Shown here in pieces: positions 12,616 to 25,049 of a stretch of DNA of 64,000 bases (within the stretch, counting starts at the first letter, position 1; each line of letters starts with the position of its first letter). The DNA is taken from contig NC_058368.1 of assembly GCF_018350175.1 (NCBI RefSeq), forward strand, positions 45,696,001 through 45,760,000, given 5' to 3'. The translations under genes were made by a program, and so were the position numbers. The DNA comes from Felis catus (Eukaryota). The notes under the pieces were generated by a model. It made no database searches, was not told the DNA's origin, and worked only from the letters and a program-made list of their open reading frames with translations.

Positions 12616-13514
12616 TGTGGGGGCCTAGGGCAGGCTGCCCCAAAATATGTCACAATGGCATACTGATTGCCTTGAATTAAAGTTACTTAAGAAACAGCCA
12701 GTGTAAGAACACTCTGACCCTCCTTTGTCTCCAGAAAGTAGGAAATAAATCTTCCATGCGAAAGGTACCCTCCCTGTACCAGGAGGTAGAGAGACATCCT
12801 TATCAGAGGCAGGGAATTCAGGGCCAAAGAAGCCTATATAAACAAAGTTTATTACTTTTACTGATTTACTACCCGACCCCAAAAATCTACGTAGAATTCT
12901 GTACTAATTGAAGCTCCCAAACAGAAGTTTTCTTTGTCCTGTCGATTCCTCACAGACTTCTGTTTAAAAAAAAAACGAAAGAAAAGAAAAAAGGAAAGGA
13001 AAGGAAAGGAAAGGAAAGGAAAGGAAAGGAAAGGAAAGGAAAGGAAAGGAAAGGAAAGGAAAGGAAAGGAAAGGAAAGGAAAGGAAAGGAAAGGAAAGGA
13101 AAGGAAAGGAAAGGAAAGGAAAGGAAAGGAAAGGAAAGGAAAGGAAAGGAAAGGAAAGGAAAGGAAAGGAAAGGAAAGGAAAGGAAAGGAAAGGAAAGGA
13201 AAGGAAAGGAAAGGAAAGGAAAGGAAAGGAAAGGAAAGGAAAGGAAAGGAAAGGAAAGGAAAGGAAAGGAAAGGAAAGGAAAGGAAAGGAAAGGAAAAGA
13301 AAAGAAAAGAAAAGAAAAGAAAAGAAAAGAAAAGAAAAGAAAAGAAAAGAAAAGAAGAAAAGATGCCTGCCTTGGTCACTTTAGGTCCCTTATCTGTGAG
13401 ATCTCCATACATATGAATTAAACTTTTCTCCTGTTAATCTGTTTTATGTCAATTTAATTTTTAGACCTGCCAGATGAAGCTTAAAGATGAAAGGAAAATT
13501 TTTCCTTCCCAACA
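12616..13514 (+). mobile_element. Solo LTR, MER34-like ERV1 class, containing an expanded microsatellite
   Basis: TG...CA ends (tgtgggggc...ttcccaaca); 4-bp TSD ATAT at 12612-12615 and 13515-13518; co-linear with the copy at 28819-29343. Confidence 0.88.
12991..13355 (+). repeat. Compound pentanucleotide microsatellite (AAGGA)61(AAAGA)12
   Basis: Read directly; purine-only from 12977 to 13363. Confidence 0.98.
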
Positions 13515-15714
13515 ATATATATAAAACTCAGCAGTTTAGGTAGAATATATTTGGTTTTAAAACCATTTTCCTGCTAATATGCCCTAGCAGTATGAATGTT
13601 CCATTCCTCTTTTTCTTCCTCCTTCTCCAAATACACTAATACACAGAAACTGACACACACATGCACTTATTTTCTTCTTTTTAATTGCATTGCTTTTTCC
13701 TTACATGAATTCTATTCCATTATCTTTCAAATTGTTTTTTCTTAATTTACCCATTTATTTGATTGTTTTGTTGTTCTGTGCTGTTTCCTTAATTATATTG
13801 GTCATTGTGTCTATCCACTTTTGTATTCCATATAGTTCAATGTCTATGAAATAATTTTAGTTTCATTTTGTTTTAAATCTGTCCTCTGAACAGCCTACTT
13901 TGTTTTACTAAAAGCTTTACTTTTTCTGATCAAAATTCTCTTGGAGATTCAATAATTCTCTGAATTTCTTTTAGCTTAGTTTGAATTCATATGCTTTATA
14001 TTTGCGTTTTTCTCTCACATATAGTTGACTTAGAACTCGGTTGTCTTACACATTTTTCCTTAAAATACCATTGCATAAAATTTAATCATAGTATTTTTAG
14101 TTACTTATCTTGAAATGAGATGGATTATTCTGTACTCTTAAGTGAACATTTCTGCCTAGCTTTTGGTTTGGGCAACTGTAATCATCCCAGTTTAACTCAT
14201 CAAATGCCCCCTCCTCTGTAATTTACTGCCAATTATTTACAATTTGAAAATATGGTTCTAAGATCTGCCTCCTAAGGACACCCCCTTCAGTATCTAAATA
14301 TACATGAAGTTCAATGTTACTGCTTGGCTCCATTTGGACACTATGTCTAGCCGTTTTTATTAAGTTTGGTCATTCTTCTCCTGGAAGGAAGTTGTAAGTA
14401 GGAATTACATAAACCCTCAAAGTCTTAAGCCTTATTTTCCTACAGCTGTTTAGTGAGTAACCATGATCTCTTCTAGTCACGCAGTTTGCGAACTGTAATA
14501 CCTCGGAATTGACAGAATTAAGATTTCCTAATTTTGTAATAAAAAGCATGAATATTATTTTGTGGCAGAATAAATAAGATTTTAAAGCCTGTTAACTTTT
14601 AATGTGACAATTACTTTTAAAGAGTATCCCCATGAGATATGTATTTCTGTGACTTAATATGCAATCCTCATCAGGCTAGGGTAAGGTAAATACATATCCT
14701 GTGTCTTCATCCAGATCTGTGACAGTAATATGAAGAGTTACTTTTAAGAGGTTGTTACCAGTACATCCCCAGAAATCACACTTGGGGTTAACAGCAATCA
14801 TATATATTAGTATGTGCATCTTTGGCTTCAGTTCATTCCACAGCATGACCACCTAAGTATAACACTGTCCTTCCTTCTCTGCTTCTGCTAGTATGATAAT
14901 GTTATTCATTGTTGTGAAAGGCATTACATAAAGCAATTATCTAGGCATGTTTTAAATATTAAAAGTATATAAGTTGTCTCAAAAGAGAGTTATAGAGTAC
15001 ATTCATGTTAATATATAAAATATTTTAGTATAAATTCACACACACAACTTTACAAAAAGCCAAACTTTAAAGAGGCACAGTGAACACAGCTATAAATAAA
15101 AAAGCATATAATTCCTAATTCCAACATACTATGCATTCACAGAAGTGTGAAATACAAGAAAGCCTTTTATATCAAAACCAATAGGTCATTTGAAATGAAG
15201 AAAGATATATTTAGTAAAGTTCCTTCAGTTTAGAATTAACAAAGCTAGAGTAATGAAAATTCAATTCCCACATGAACTAAGACTATATTCTTTGTTGTTT
15301 GATTTTTATTTTTTCAAAATCAGTAACTTAGAACTAATTTTCTCTTGGATTCTGGCCAAATTGGCAAGGAAATTCATTAAAAATAAAAGCATTACTGTTC
15401 ATAATACCATATCAAGAAGATTGATTTGCGCAACATTTAGTATAGGCTAAACAAATGTTAAAGGTACATAGCCCATACAACTGCCTCAGGTAAAACACGG
15501 CCAGAATCATTTATACAACCAGCAATAAATCTAGCCAGCATATGTAAAAAAGAAAATTACATTGTTAATTTGCCATGATTCTGCAAATGAATCTGAGTGA
15601 AAATTAAAAAAAAAATACAGTGTCTTTTGCACATTAAATTGCACGCAATTTTAACATAACATCACTTGTTTTAGTAAATAAATTTTTTAAAGTAAAAAAG
15701 CCTATATATTCTTA

Positions 15715-16285
15715 ATTTTTTTATTGTGGTAAATACACATAAAATATACCATTTTGACCATTTTTAAGGATACAATTAAGAGGCATCAAATACATTCATA
15801 GCGCTGTGCAACCATCAACATCACCTACCTGCAGAAATTTTTATCACACCAAACTGAAATTCATTACCAACTGAAAATAACTCCCCAGTGTTGTGTCCCC
15901 ATCCCCCCCCCAGCCCTAGAAACCACTATTCTATCTTCTGACTCTATAATTTGCCTATTCTATGTATTTCATATAAGTGGAACCACACAGTATTTGTCCT
16001 TTGTGTCTTGTTTATTTCATTTAGCATAATGATTTCAAGATCATCTATATTATATCAGAATTTCATTCCTTTTTAAAGCTGAGTAACATAACACTGTATG
16101 TATATACCACATTTCGCTTAACTATTAATCTGTTTATGGGCCTTTGGGTTTTTATCTTTCCACTATTAGGAATGAGCTGCTATAAACTAAGTATTTGTTT
16201 ACTTTTCTGCTTTCAATTATTTGGATACATATCTAAAAATTAATTGCTGAATCATATTTAATTTTTGGAAGAACTACTGTTTTTC
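15715..16285 (-). mobile_element. L1MB-like 3' end, antisense
   Basis: ttattgtggtaaatacacataaaatataccattttgacc...ccactattctatcttctgactctataatttgcctattc...atataagtggaa...cagtatttgtcctttgtg. Confidence 0.85.
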
Positions 16286-16399
16286 TTCTACATCTTTAAA
16301 AAATAATTATGACTTTTTTACCTTAATGGCTAAGATATATTATCGGTAAGCTAGTGAAAGTAATGTAAATAATTTTAGAATTAAATTATGTTTGTTTTT

Positions 16400-16600
16400 G
16401 GGGTGCCTGGGTGGCTCAGTCGGTTGAGCGACCAACTTTGGCTCAGGTCATGATCTCACAGTTGGTGAGTTCCAGCCCTGCGTGGGGCTCTGTGCAGACA
16501 GCTCAGAGCCTGGAGCCTGCTTCAGATTCTGTGTCTCCCTCCCTCTCTGCCCCTGTCCTGCTCATGCTCTGTCAAAAATAAATAAATGTTAAAAAACTTT
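16400..16600 (+). mobile_element. Can-SINE (SINEC_Fc-type)
   Basis: ggggtgcctgggtggctcagtcggttgagcg head, (CT) tract, aataaa tail. Confidence 0.95.
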
Positions 16601-17584
16601 TTTTTTTAATGCTCTGTCATATAGTATTCTCTAACACTGTACGGCCAACATGCTTCTAAAGTTTTTGAAAGTAAGCACAATTTCATTGTACAAATTGTGT
16701 ATAAACAGAAATGGAAAACATACTGTTATTTCACCCAAAATATATAGTTATCATTATTTTGCAGTCTGTATTTTCAGACTGTTTTCAATATATATTCAAG
16801 TTTTCACATTAACTCAAAATGGGATACTATTATATATACAGATCTATGTATTTTATTACTTTAAGGTATCTCTATCTTTCATGAAAACTCATTATAAATC
16901 ATTACATGGATAGACTATAATTTACATAACAGAATTTTTAATGGCAACCTAACTCATTTTTAGGATTTTATTATTACAAATAGTGTTTCATTTAACATTC
17001 TCGCAAATATGTGTTTGTCAAGTTGTGAGATTATTTTTCTGGATGAAAAATGATGAGAATTCATAGGTCAGAGTTACATACATTCCAAATTGTTGGTTCC
17101 TTTAAAGTTAGGTTTTTCCATTAGAAAACATTTTTTTCTATGTAACATCATGCTAAAGCCTTTAATGGTCCAACATTATAAAAATAATCTGTATTATTTA
17201 TAATATTTTAAAGTTGTAAACTTCAATGTGTCTGAAATTTACTTTTTTATGGTGCTAGGTAGGAATTTAATTTATATTTTCCACAAAGCTTCATGATATA
17301 TTTATCAATTTACACTATGGATTATTGGAAATATTTCCTTTCTTGCTTCACTCAATCTAAATTGCTATGCAGCAAAACTTAGTAAAAATCTGCTTATGCG
17401 AATTTTGATTTCTCATTTTGGATGCAGAAGTCGATAGTGTTCCTTAATGCCTGAATAAAGTAAAGTAAATTGAGTTTAAATAAGCTTAAGATAAACATGA
17501 TAAAGATTTATTTGTTTGAGAATATTAACTTATAGAATCAGAACTCAAGCCTTACTGTAAAAATGAAAATGAATGAAATTCTTT

Positions 17585-17802
17585 TAAATTTTTTTTTTTC
17601 AATGTTTATTTATTTTTGGGACAGAGAGAGACAGAGCATGAACGGGGGAGGGGCAGAGAGAGAGGGAGACACAGAATCGGAAGCAGGCTCCAGGCTCTGA
17701 GCCATCAGCGCAGAGCCTGACGCGGGGCTCGAACTCACGGATCGCGAGATCGTGACCTGGCTGAAGTCGGACGCTTAACCGACTGCGCCACCCAGGCGCC
17801 CC
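17585..17802 (-). mobile_element. Young SINEC_Fc, antisense, perfect 16-bp TSD
   Basis: CpG-rich; TSD ATGAATGAAATTCTTT at 17569-17584 and 17803-17818. Confidence 0.98.
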
Positions 17803-18534
17803 ATGAATGAAATTCTTTGAAGGAGAAGGTTTTAAACTCAACCTAGAGAGGTCAGTTACTTTCATAGACCAAGGAAGTGGATTATCAGTTCCTGTCCTCA
17901 AAGATGTTACAGTATATTTTAAGTCATATTATCCTATACCCAAGAAGAGCTAAATAAATTTGTGAAAATTAACCTGCGTTAACATTTGTTGATATAGACC
18001 AAAATCAAAAATACAGGACATATTAAATACATATCATTTTAAAGTTCCTGATAAAAGTGTAAATATAGGCTGACTGTTGAAACTGTTTATTGGTCTTCCT
18101 TACCATAATTTAGCACATTATCAAGGTTTTAACCCATGTACTTTTTCATTTTTTCATTCATTTTATAAATATTTTGATATACACATATATAGGTCATAAA
18201 ATCAGATATAAAAATGAGTATTAACCAATAATGCCTTTAAGGGGATTAGAATCTTTGAATAGCTCCTATTTCCATAGCTTAATAACCAAAGAACAGCTAC
18301 AAAATTTACTAAGACAAGTCCTACTCTCAAAGAATGTTACACTTACTTACAATATAAACAATTGGTGGACTATAAATTGATGTTTTCAAGGTTTCTCTTT
18401 CAAAAAGATATCCTAAGGTTATATATTTTCTGGATTTTAGGGACGATGATCTAGGATATTGTCCCAATTCTGTACCCTATGTATGAAACCTTATTTCTTG
18501 GATGATCACTCTTAAAATAAAACTATGTTTGCAG

Positions 18535-18591
18535 GACTGTATGCCTTCATATGCAGAAATGAAACCAAGCCTAGGATGTCCATTAACTTAA
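18535..18591 (+). other. Candidate 57-nt exon of an unidentified transcript
   Basis: tgtttgcag| ... TAA|gtaagt; open in one frame (GLYAFICRNETKPRMSINL). Confidence 0.25.
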
Positions 18592-20726
18592 GTAAGTTTT
18601 ATCTTCTCTTTGCCTTGTCCCTTTTTTAATGTTGAAAAAATGATGATATAATGGAGTTCATTATCAGCCTAAATCAACTTATAGATGGAAGTTAATGACA
18701 GAAAAATAATGCATCACAGAGTTCTCTGCATGGTATTACCTTAATGCAAAAAATAAATTGCATTGTAGTTTTCAGTTTCAATGATGTTGGTTATGATTTC
18801 TCTGAGTAAGCATAATTTTGTTTAGTAACCTCAGTTCATAGAAGCAGGCAGACAATTGCTGTCAACTTAACGCAGCCACTGAATCTTTCTATCTCCCGCT
18901 AATATTCTAGCCATCCTTAAGCTGATTCTTACATCTTAGCTTTCAGAAAATGAGTGATTACACCTTCATACCCTTTCTCTTTGGCTTTATAGAATGGACT
19001 GAATTACTTAATAGGTCTTGTTCTGCCCTTTGAATTCCAGGGCTGAATTCTCTGCTGAACTATCTAAGAGTCTTAAAAATAAATTCTCAATGAAGTCATA
19101 GTCTACATTTCTCTTTGAACTTTTATACAAATGTCACAATGCCCTATTATATAAAATTAATTCAAAGCATAATGTTACATATACTTTCACCCTTTATTTC
19201 GTTTTCAACTTCAGTGATTTCTCATTGCCACTATAATGAATCTCAGAGACACAGGCAAATGGACATAAGGGAATTAACTAATAGGAAAAACAATATTCAA
19301 CTTCATATAGTTCTTTCTGAATCATGTGCAATACACCATATTTAAGAAAAAAAAGAGTGAGTTTTTAGTTATGGTTTTATCCTTTCAATAGTACTAGTTC
19401 AAAAATAATTAGTCTAGCTTTGTGATAGAAAGCATATAATCAAGTAATAAAGCAAAATCTGACACCAAGTAATGGAGCTCTGGAAATAAAATGGTGATAA
19501 GACAAAATTCATAATATTTAACTGCACCACCAAATTCTGCATGTAAACCCCATTTGTATTTAGGTGCAATTTAAGTATCTCTAAAATTATGTAGACAAAA
19601 TATTATCAAAATGGCCTGAACAAATAATAATAAAAACATTGTCTTATCATGGGAAAAGGAGAAAAAAAAATAGAGAAATCACAGAACCTTAATCATGGAT
19701 GTGGTCCTTAGAAATAATCTCAGCAAAGTGTATCATTTAAAAATGGGAAAAATATACTCCAACAAAAGAAACTAAGTTGTATAAGTCATAATGTCATAGG
19801 AATTAAATCTAAGAACTCATATTCTTTATTATACCAGTAAATTACTGAGCCAATATCATTCAAGAGGGAAGATCAATTATTTTTTTATTTTTCAAAGCGC
19901 TTATCTAACAAAAATACATATATTCATGGCAATTTATTCAATTCCTTTTAGTTTTTGCCTTTGTTATAATTAATTAATGCATGTGAGCATACTATATTAT
20001 GAAACAAATTTTCACCTGGAAATTTTGAAACTAATTTCTTCTTTTGTGTTGAATATTGAGATTAGGTTCAGATTTAATTAGGATATCCCTATTTGAAAGT
20101 GGCACAAGCACAAATAAAATTTAAAGGAAAGATAAGGAAAAGTAATTGGAAATGAGAATAAAATTTGGTAGTGACAAAAAGAAAATATGAAAGAGTAGAA
20201 GAATTAAACAAGACCTATAGAGTATGTACAAAAGAGAAATGCCTTTAGAATTGTAATTTTAAAATACAATATGTACACAACTAAATGTCTTCAAATCTCA
20301 GTATGCTTTCAGGGGGAAAAACATCTTTGTTAGTTAGATCCTTGGGGCTTTATTTCAACAGGGAGAAGAACTGGACTACAACATCGAAAATGAAAGACTT
20401 GAGAAGAGGGCCTCTTAGAATAAAGAACTTTTTATACTTCCTGTTTGAGTGTATATATCATTGAAATGATTAGTTTTTCAACATATGTGTAGTCCTAAGC
20501 TGAACACCATGTCAAAGTCCAGTTTTTCAAGTCCTGTCCCCCAGTCCACTTGCATTTCTGCTCACAAACAAATTGTTTTAAAGTTGTTGTCCTTGATGCC
20601 TGAGCTACTATAAAAAAATGAATCCTATTTTAAAAGTATATTTTAAGGAATCAAAATAAGTCAGCATTATTAGCTTTCAAGAAAGAAAAACATATGAAAA
20701 GTTAAAATCTTTTATGGTTCTTTTAG

Positions 20727-20765
20727 CAAGTCATGCTTTATATTGAATCTATTTCCTATTGGCAG
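20727..20765 (+). other. Candidate 39-nt exon
   Basis: ggttcttttag| ... CAG|gtaaga; phase-0 reading QVMLYIESISYWQ. Confidence 0.3.
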
Positions 20766-23050
20766 GTAAGAAAGAATGGTTAATAATTTGAAGGAGAAAA
20801 AAACACATTTGGGTAAAAATTCACTAGCTTTAAGTTGTGACTGTCTTTGACATGCCTTTGTGCTTCTCTATAAGCTTTCATTTAGATGATCTTTGGAGAT
20901 AATATAATTGCATAGTTATACACAGAGGGGCCATAGAAATTTTCCAATTCATCCCCAAAAGAATGTCTACAGCATAGGAATGATCATTTGTCACCAAAGG
21001 AGGCAAGACCTTTAGGTCTTTAGATAAGACAGATGTAGAATCTTTAGGGGTTTTATTTTCATTAATCTGGTTAAAGAGATGGGATAAAACAACTTCCATG
21101 TTTCCTAATGGATCCTCCAAGAAATAAAACAATGACTCTCATATGATTTTTCCATTATGTTTGGGGGGAAAAAGATGCACAAGTCAAACTTTTGCTGGAG
21201 TCAAAACTTGGGCTTATCTGGTTTTGAATGATAATCATGTGCTTACCTTTGCTTTTATTTTTTTTTTTTTATCTTTCCCCTATCATATTTATTGATACAA
21301 AGAGTTGGCTAAGTTTAAATCAAGTCTAGACTTATTGATTGCAACTTGCTATTTAATTGTATATTCTGTTATACAGTAATAACAGGAAAGCATTCTGAGA
21401 TGTTTGCATGAAGGGTGTCATGCATAGCAAATATAAGTGATGGATGAATTATGTACTAGGTTTTTAAAAGTAGTAGCTAACCTACTTACTAAACCACTTA
21501 AAAATATTTTTAGAAATTGTTAGGATCTTGGGAGATCAGGAAGATTGGAGGGAAACAAATGATGTATTGATTACTCTTAAGAGTTAAAAAGAATGATCTC
21601 CAATAACTTGGAAGAATGACATCAATACTTAATAAAATAATGGACCAGATATTCAAGAGAAAATGTTAAGTCCAGAGGCAATAAAAATCAAGAACAATAA
21701 AAAAGATGATTTTTCAGGTGAAAATTATGACATGTTATCAATATTAGTTCCCAATAGAAATAAAAAAATAGCAAGAAGAAGAAAAACAGTACATACAATC
21801 CTCAGTTAATACATGAGGTCTAAAAAGACCTATGATTTTATTAAGTATTCTCAAAGTTATATTCAAGTATACCTATTCTTATACTAGCCAGCATTTTTTT
21901 GTTTATACTCTTAACTGTAATCCTCCATTGAACTTTAAAGATTCCACCAAGCAAGAGAGCTCTTGAGGGAAAATACATAAAAAGGATATATGTAATACAA
22001 TATTAAATTTCATTATGGGTTTTCTGAAAGCAATCTCCAGTCTACATTGAGGAGGATGGAGATATAATGGCATGAATGTAGATATTGGAGCTCAGAGACC
22101 TTGGTTACATTTTGCCCTTTTTCATATTCTAGATACATAACCATAAGCAATCTGCTTGATTTTTATTAACTATAGCATGTCACCCATGTAAAAATAGTTA
22201 CACTACATTCTCTTACTTTTCATGAGCATTATACATAAAATGTCTAAATTATAATCAACACCTTACCATTGGTATTTTTAATTGGATTAATTTTTTAATT
22301 GGATTAATTCCATTTTTTAATGGAATTAAGAACCTCCTTAATTCCATGTACTCTCCTGGGCAGTAAAAATCCAATCAAGTAAAGAAATCAAGTCCTCATG
22401 TAACAGGGTTTGGGCTAGTAGAGAAGTCAAACATAAACAAGGATAACTCAAAACAATATAACTACACATACATGTGTATATATAATTTAAAACTGCAATA
22501 AAAGTTATGAAAAGGATAGATGCCAGTCTGAAAATCTTGTATGAGTCCTATTTTTAAACCTTTGCTTGAGTTCTGTTTTTATGAGTCCTTTGTATCTTTG
22601 TATGAGTTCTGGTTTTTTATAGGAGTCCTGTTTTTAAACCCACGATCTTTTTTTATATCAACTGCTTTCCTACAGATTCTCAATCTTCAACCTTTATAGG
22701 GTGATTCAGCATTATGCCAGCCTACTCTGTATCTCCCACAATATTGTTTCTCATGAGGCTGAGTGAGACACTGGTGCCTTCAGGGGTAGATGGGTCTGCG
22801 TTCCTACTCTCAAGTATCACTTGGAAGTGAGGTTGTCCCCAATGCTTTTATGTAAAATAGAAACACAGAACCTACCAACTCACTATCCTCCCTTTTTGCC
22901 TCTTTTTATCATCTAATATAACTTAATCTTTAATATGCACACACCTGCAACTAAAATGTAAGCTCTACAGAGATTATCTTTGTTGTGATCTTCTGTCCCG
23001 AGCACCAAAGTATACCAAGAGATTAAAGCATGGTGTTTGATATTTCTCTT

Positions 23051-23171
23051 TATTTTTTTAATATATGAAATTTATTGTCAAATTGGTTTCCATATAACAC
23101 CCAGTGCTCATCCCAAAAGATGCCCTCTTCAATACCCATCACCCACCTTCCCCTCCCTCCCACCCCCCATC
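23051..23171 (-). mobile_element. Short felid-type L1 3' end, antisense
   Basis: Reverse complement of the 3'UTR seen at 8115-8225 (tttattgtcaaattggtttccatataacacccagtgctcatccc); short flanking repeat tatttct. Confidence 0.92.
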
Positions 23172-24171
23172 ATTATTTCTTAATCAATGAATGAAGACTA
23201 GAGACATGGTTGTAAACCAAAATTGAAAATGGTAACAGGCCCAAGAATAAAAGAAAAAGAAGACTTTATAGTCTTGCATTTTCCTTCTCCATTTTATCCA
23301 TTTTCTTTCCTCTTTAGTTCCTACCCATGTTCTTTAATTTTCATCCTTTCTCTGCTAAATATTCAGAGGAAAGTAGAAAACAATCATCAAAATGAAGAAA
23401 TAGATGAATAGACCCCAAGGAAACTGGGAACAGTGCAATGGTCCCAGGGCACCTATGGAATGATTGGAAGCTAGATAAGAAAGGAGTGCATATCCAGGTT
23501 TCAGATATCCTGTCAGAGAGCTCCATTGCTTTCTGAAGGATAAAAGTCGCCAGAAAATGGTTCTTTCAGGAAAACAACATGAAGAGATTTGTGTGCTTAT
23601 TGCTCTAAACTCCTTTTCTGATATTACTCCTACTTTTGAACTCCTTGTGTTTTCATACACACACCAACTCCAATACTGGAAACAACCTGCACAGAGCCAA
23701 CCTTCATACCATAGCTTTGGGATTAGACATCAGTTCATTCCCTTAGACAGTGTTTCTGCATTAGTCTTCTCTAGTAAGGCTTTTCTGTCCCTTAGTACCT
23801 CCATGGGGGAATAGGCATGATATTCTCTAACCTCCCCAACTGCTCTGTATTAAAACAAACAAACAAAACTCATTTTCCCTTTAAGCCTCCTGAAAATACC
23901 ACAGTGCTCTTATTTCATATCCATGCTGCTGTTTATTAGCTCCAAGGCAACTTCCTTGATATCTTATTAATTGAGGATATAGCAACTGTTTCCCAGTAAA
24001 TTATCAATCTTATTACCAGCCTGGAAGGGTCTGATGTTTATGTGAACATTCTCTCCAACCTCATTGTCAGTGTCATGTTTCTAAAATGTAAAACAGAGCA
24101 TGTCAGACTACTCCCAAGAATCTTTAACAGCTTTTTCCTAGATTAAAAAAGGCATACTCCTTAGCCCATAA

Positions 24172-24396
24172 CAGTCTCAACCAAGGGTAATTTTGCCCCC
24201 AAGCAAAATGTCCCCTCGGGAATATTTAGCAATACCTAAAGACATTTTTGATGGTCACAATTAGAAAAGTGCTTTTGACATCCAGTGGGTAGAAGCTGGG
24301 AATGCTGCTAAATATCTTAAAATACACAGAAGAACACCTCACAACAAACAATTATCTGGTCCTACGTTTCAATAGTGCTAAAGTTGAGAACACTTG
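24172..24396 (+). mobile_element. MER20 hAT-Charlie DNA transposon
   Basis: cagtctcaacc...attttgcccc...gacatttttgatggtcacaa...catccagtgggtagaagctgggaatgctgctaaa...caatagtgctaaagttgagaa matches the recalled MER20 layout. Confidence 0.88.
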
Positions 24397-24584
24397 GCCT
24401 GTTAAGTCTTCAGTGCTTTGGAGCCTTCCTATCAATCCAGCAGAATGTTTACTCATCTCCTCACTCACTCACTCTACTTGAGCCATGCAGCCTCCTTTCT
24501 GGTTCCTTATTGCCAAACTTTTCCCTACCTAAAGAGCCTTGGTCATTATTGCTGCCCGAAACAGTTTCTCCTGTCCCATTTCAG

Positions 24585-24620
24585 ACGGAGAGTAGTATAC
24601 ACAAATGCGCCAGGGCTGAG
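24585..24620 (+). other. Candidate 36-nt exon
   Basis: Strong acceptor tttctcctgtcccatttcag| and donor GAG|gtatgt; phase-0 reading TESSIHKCARAE; retains CpGs. Confidence 0.3.
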
Positions 24621-24834
24621 GTATGTGACACAACTAAGGAAGCCTGGCAGGATTCAGGGCATGGCTACATATGCGGAAGAGCTGGAGATTTTACCGAAGG
24701 ACAGTGGAGCTAGTAAGCAGGAGAGCAGCATGAAGCAATTTCTGTTTTAATGAAATAATGTTTCCCCAAGGTAGCATTTGTTGATCATATTTGAAATTCA
24801 GGATTTGGGTATTTTTATGAAGCTTTCGTCTCGT

Positions 24835-24997
24835 CTATTCTTCCAACAGCTCCATGACAAAGTGAGTATCATTACTCACATTTACTGGTGAGACAACACA
24901 GTGGTTAAGCCCATCTCCCAGGGTCACACAAGCTCATAGGTAAGATGTGTAGGACTCAATCCCAAAACTAGTCTGATTCCAGATCTAGATGCTCCTA
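24835..24997 (-). mobile_element. MIR remnant
   Basis: attactcacatttactggtgaga...tggttaag...cccagggtcacacaagct...gtctgattccaga. Confidence 0.7.
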
Positions 24998-25049
24998 CTA
25001 CTAAAGAGAGGACCTGTAAAAGAAGGTCAAGATAGCAATTCTATGTAAC

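Larger units (their letters stand above)
10530..14100 (-). mobile_element. Ancient L1 (L1ME-like) ORF2 5' and ORF1 remnant, antisense, interrupted by a solo LTR
   Basis: T-rich; antisense L1 motifs (gattgctgtaaattatttctaggcattgatttagcaatgtcccatagattc; catatggtcagcttttgtgaatgttctatgtactgaaa; gagagaggtgtgttagtatctc). Confidence 0.6.

Noticed and set aside
12858..13416. Longest ORFs (184 aa FPFLS-repeat and 160 aa KGKER-repeat)
   Set aside because: They are simple translations of the stop-free pentanucleotide microsatellite
20362..20470. Additional + strand exon after tttatttcaacag (GEELDYNIENERLEKRAS*)
   Set aside because: Reasonable acceptor, but no convincing donor and it does not fit the candidate chain
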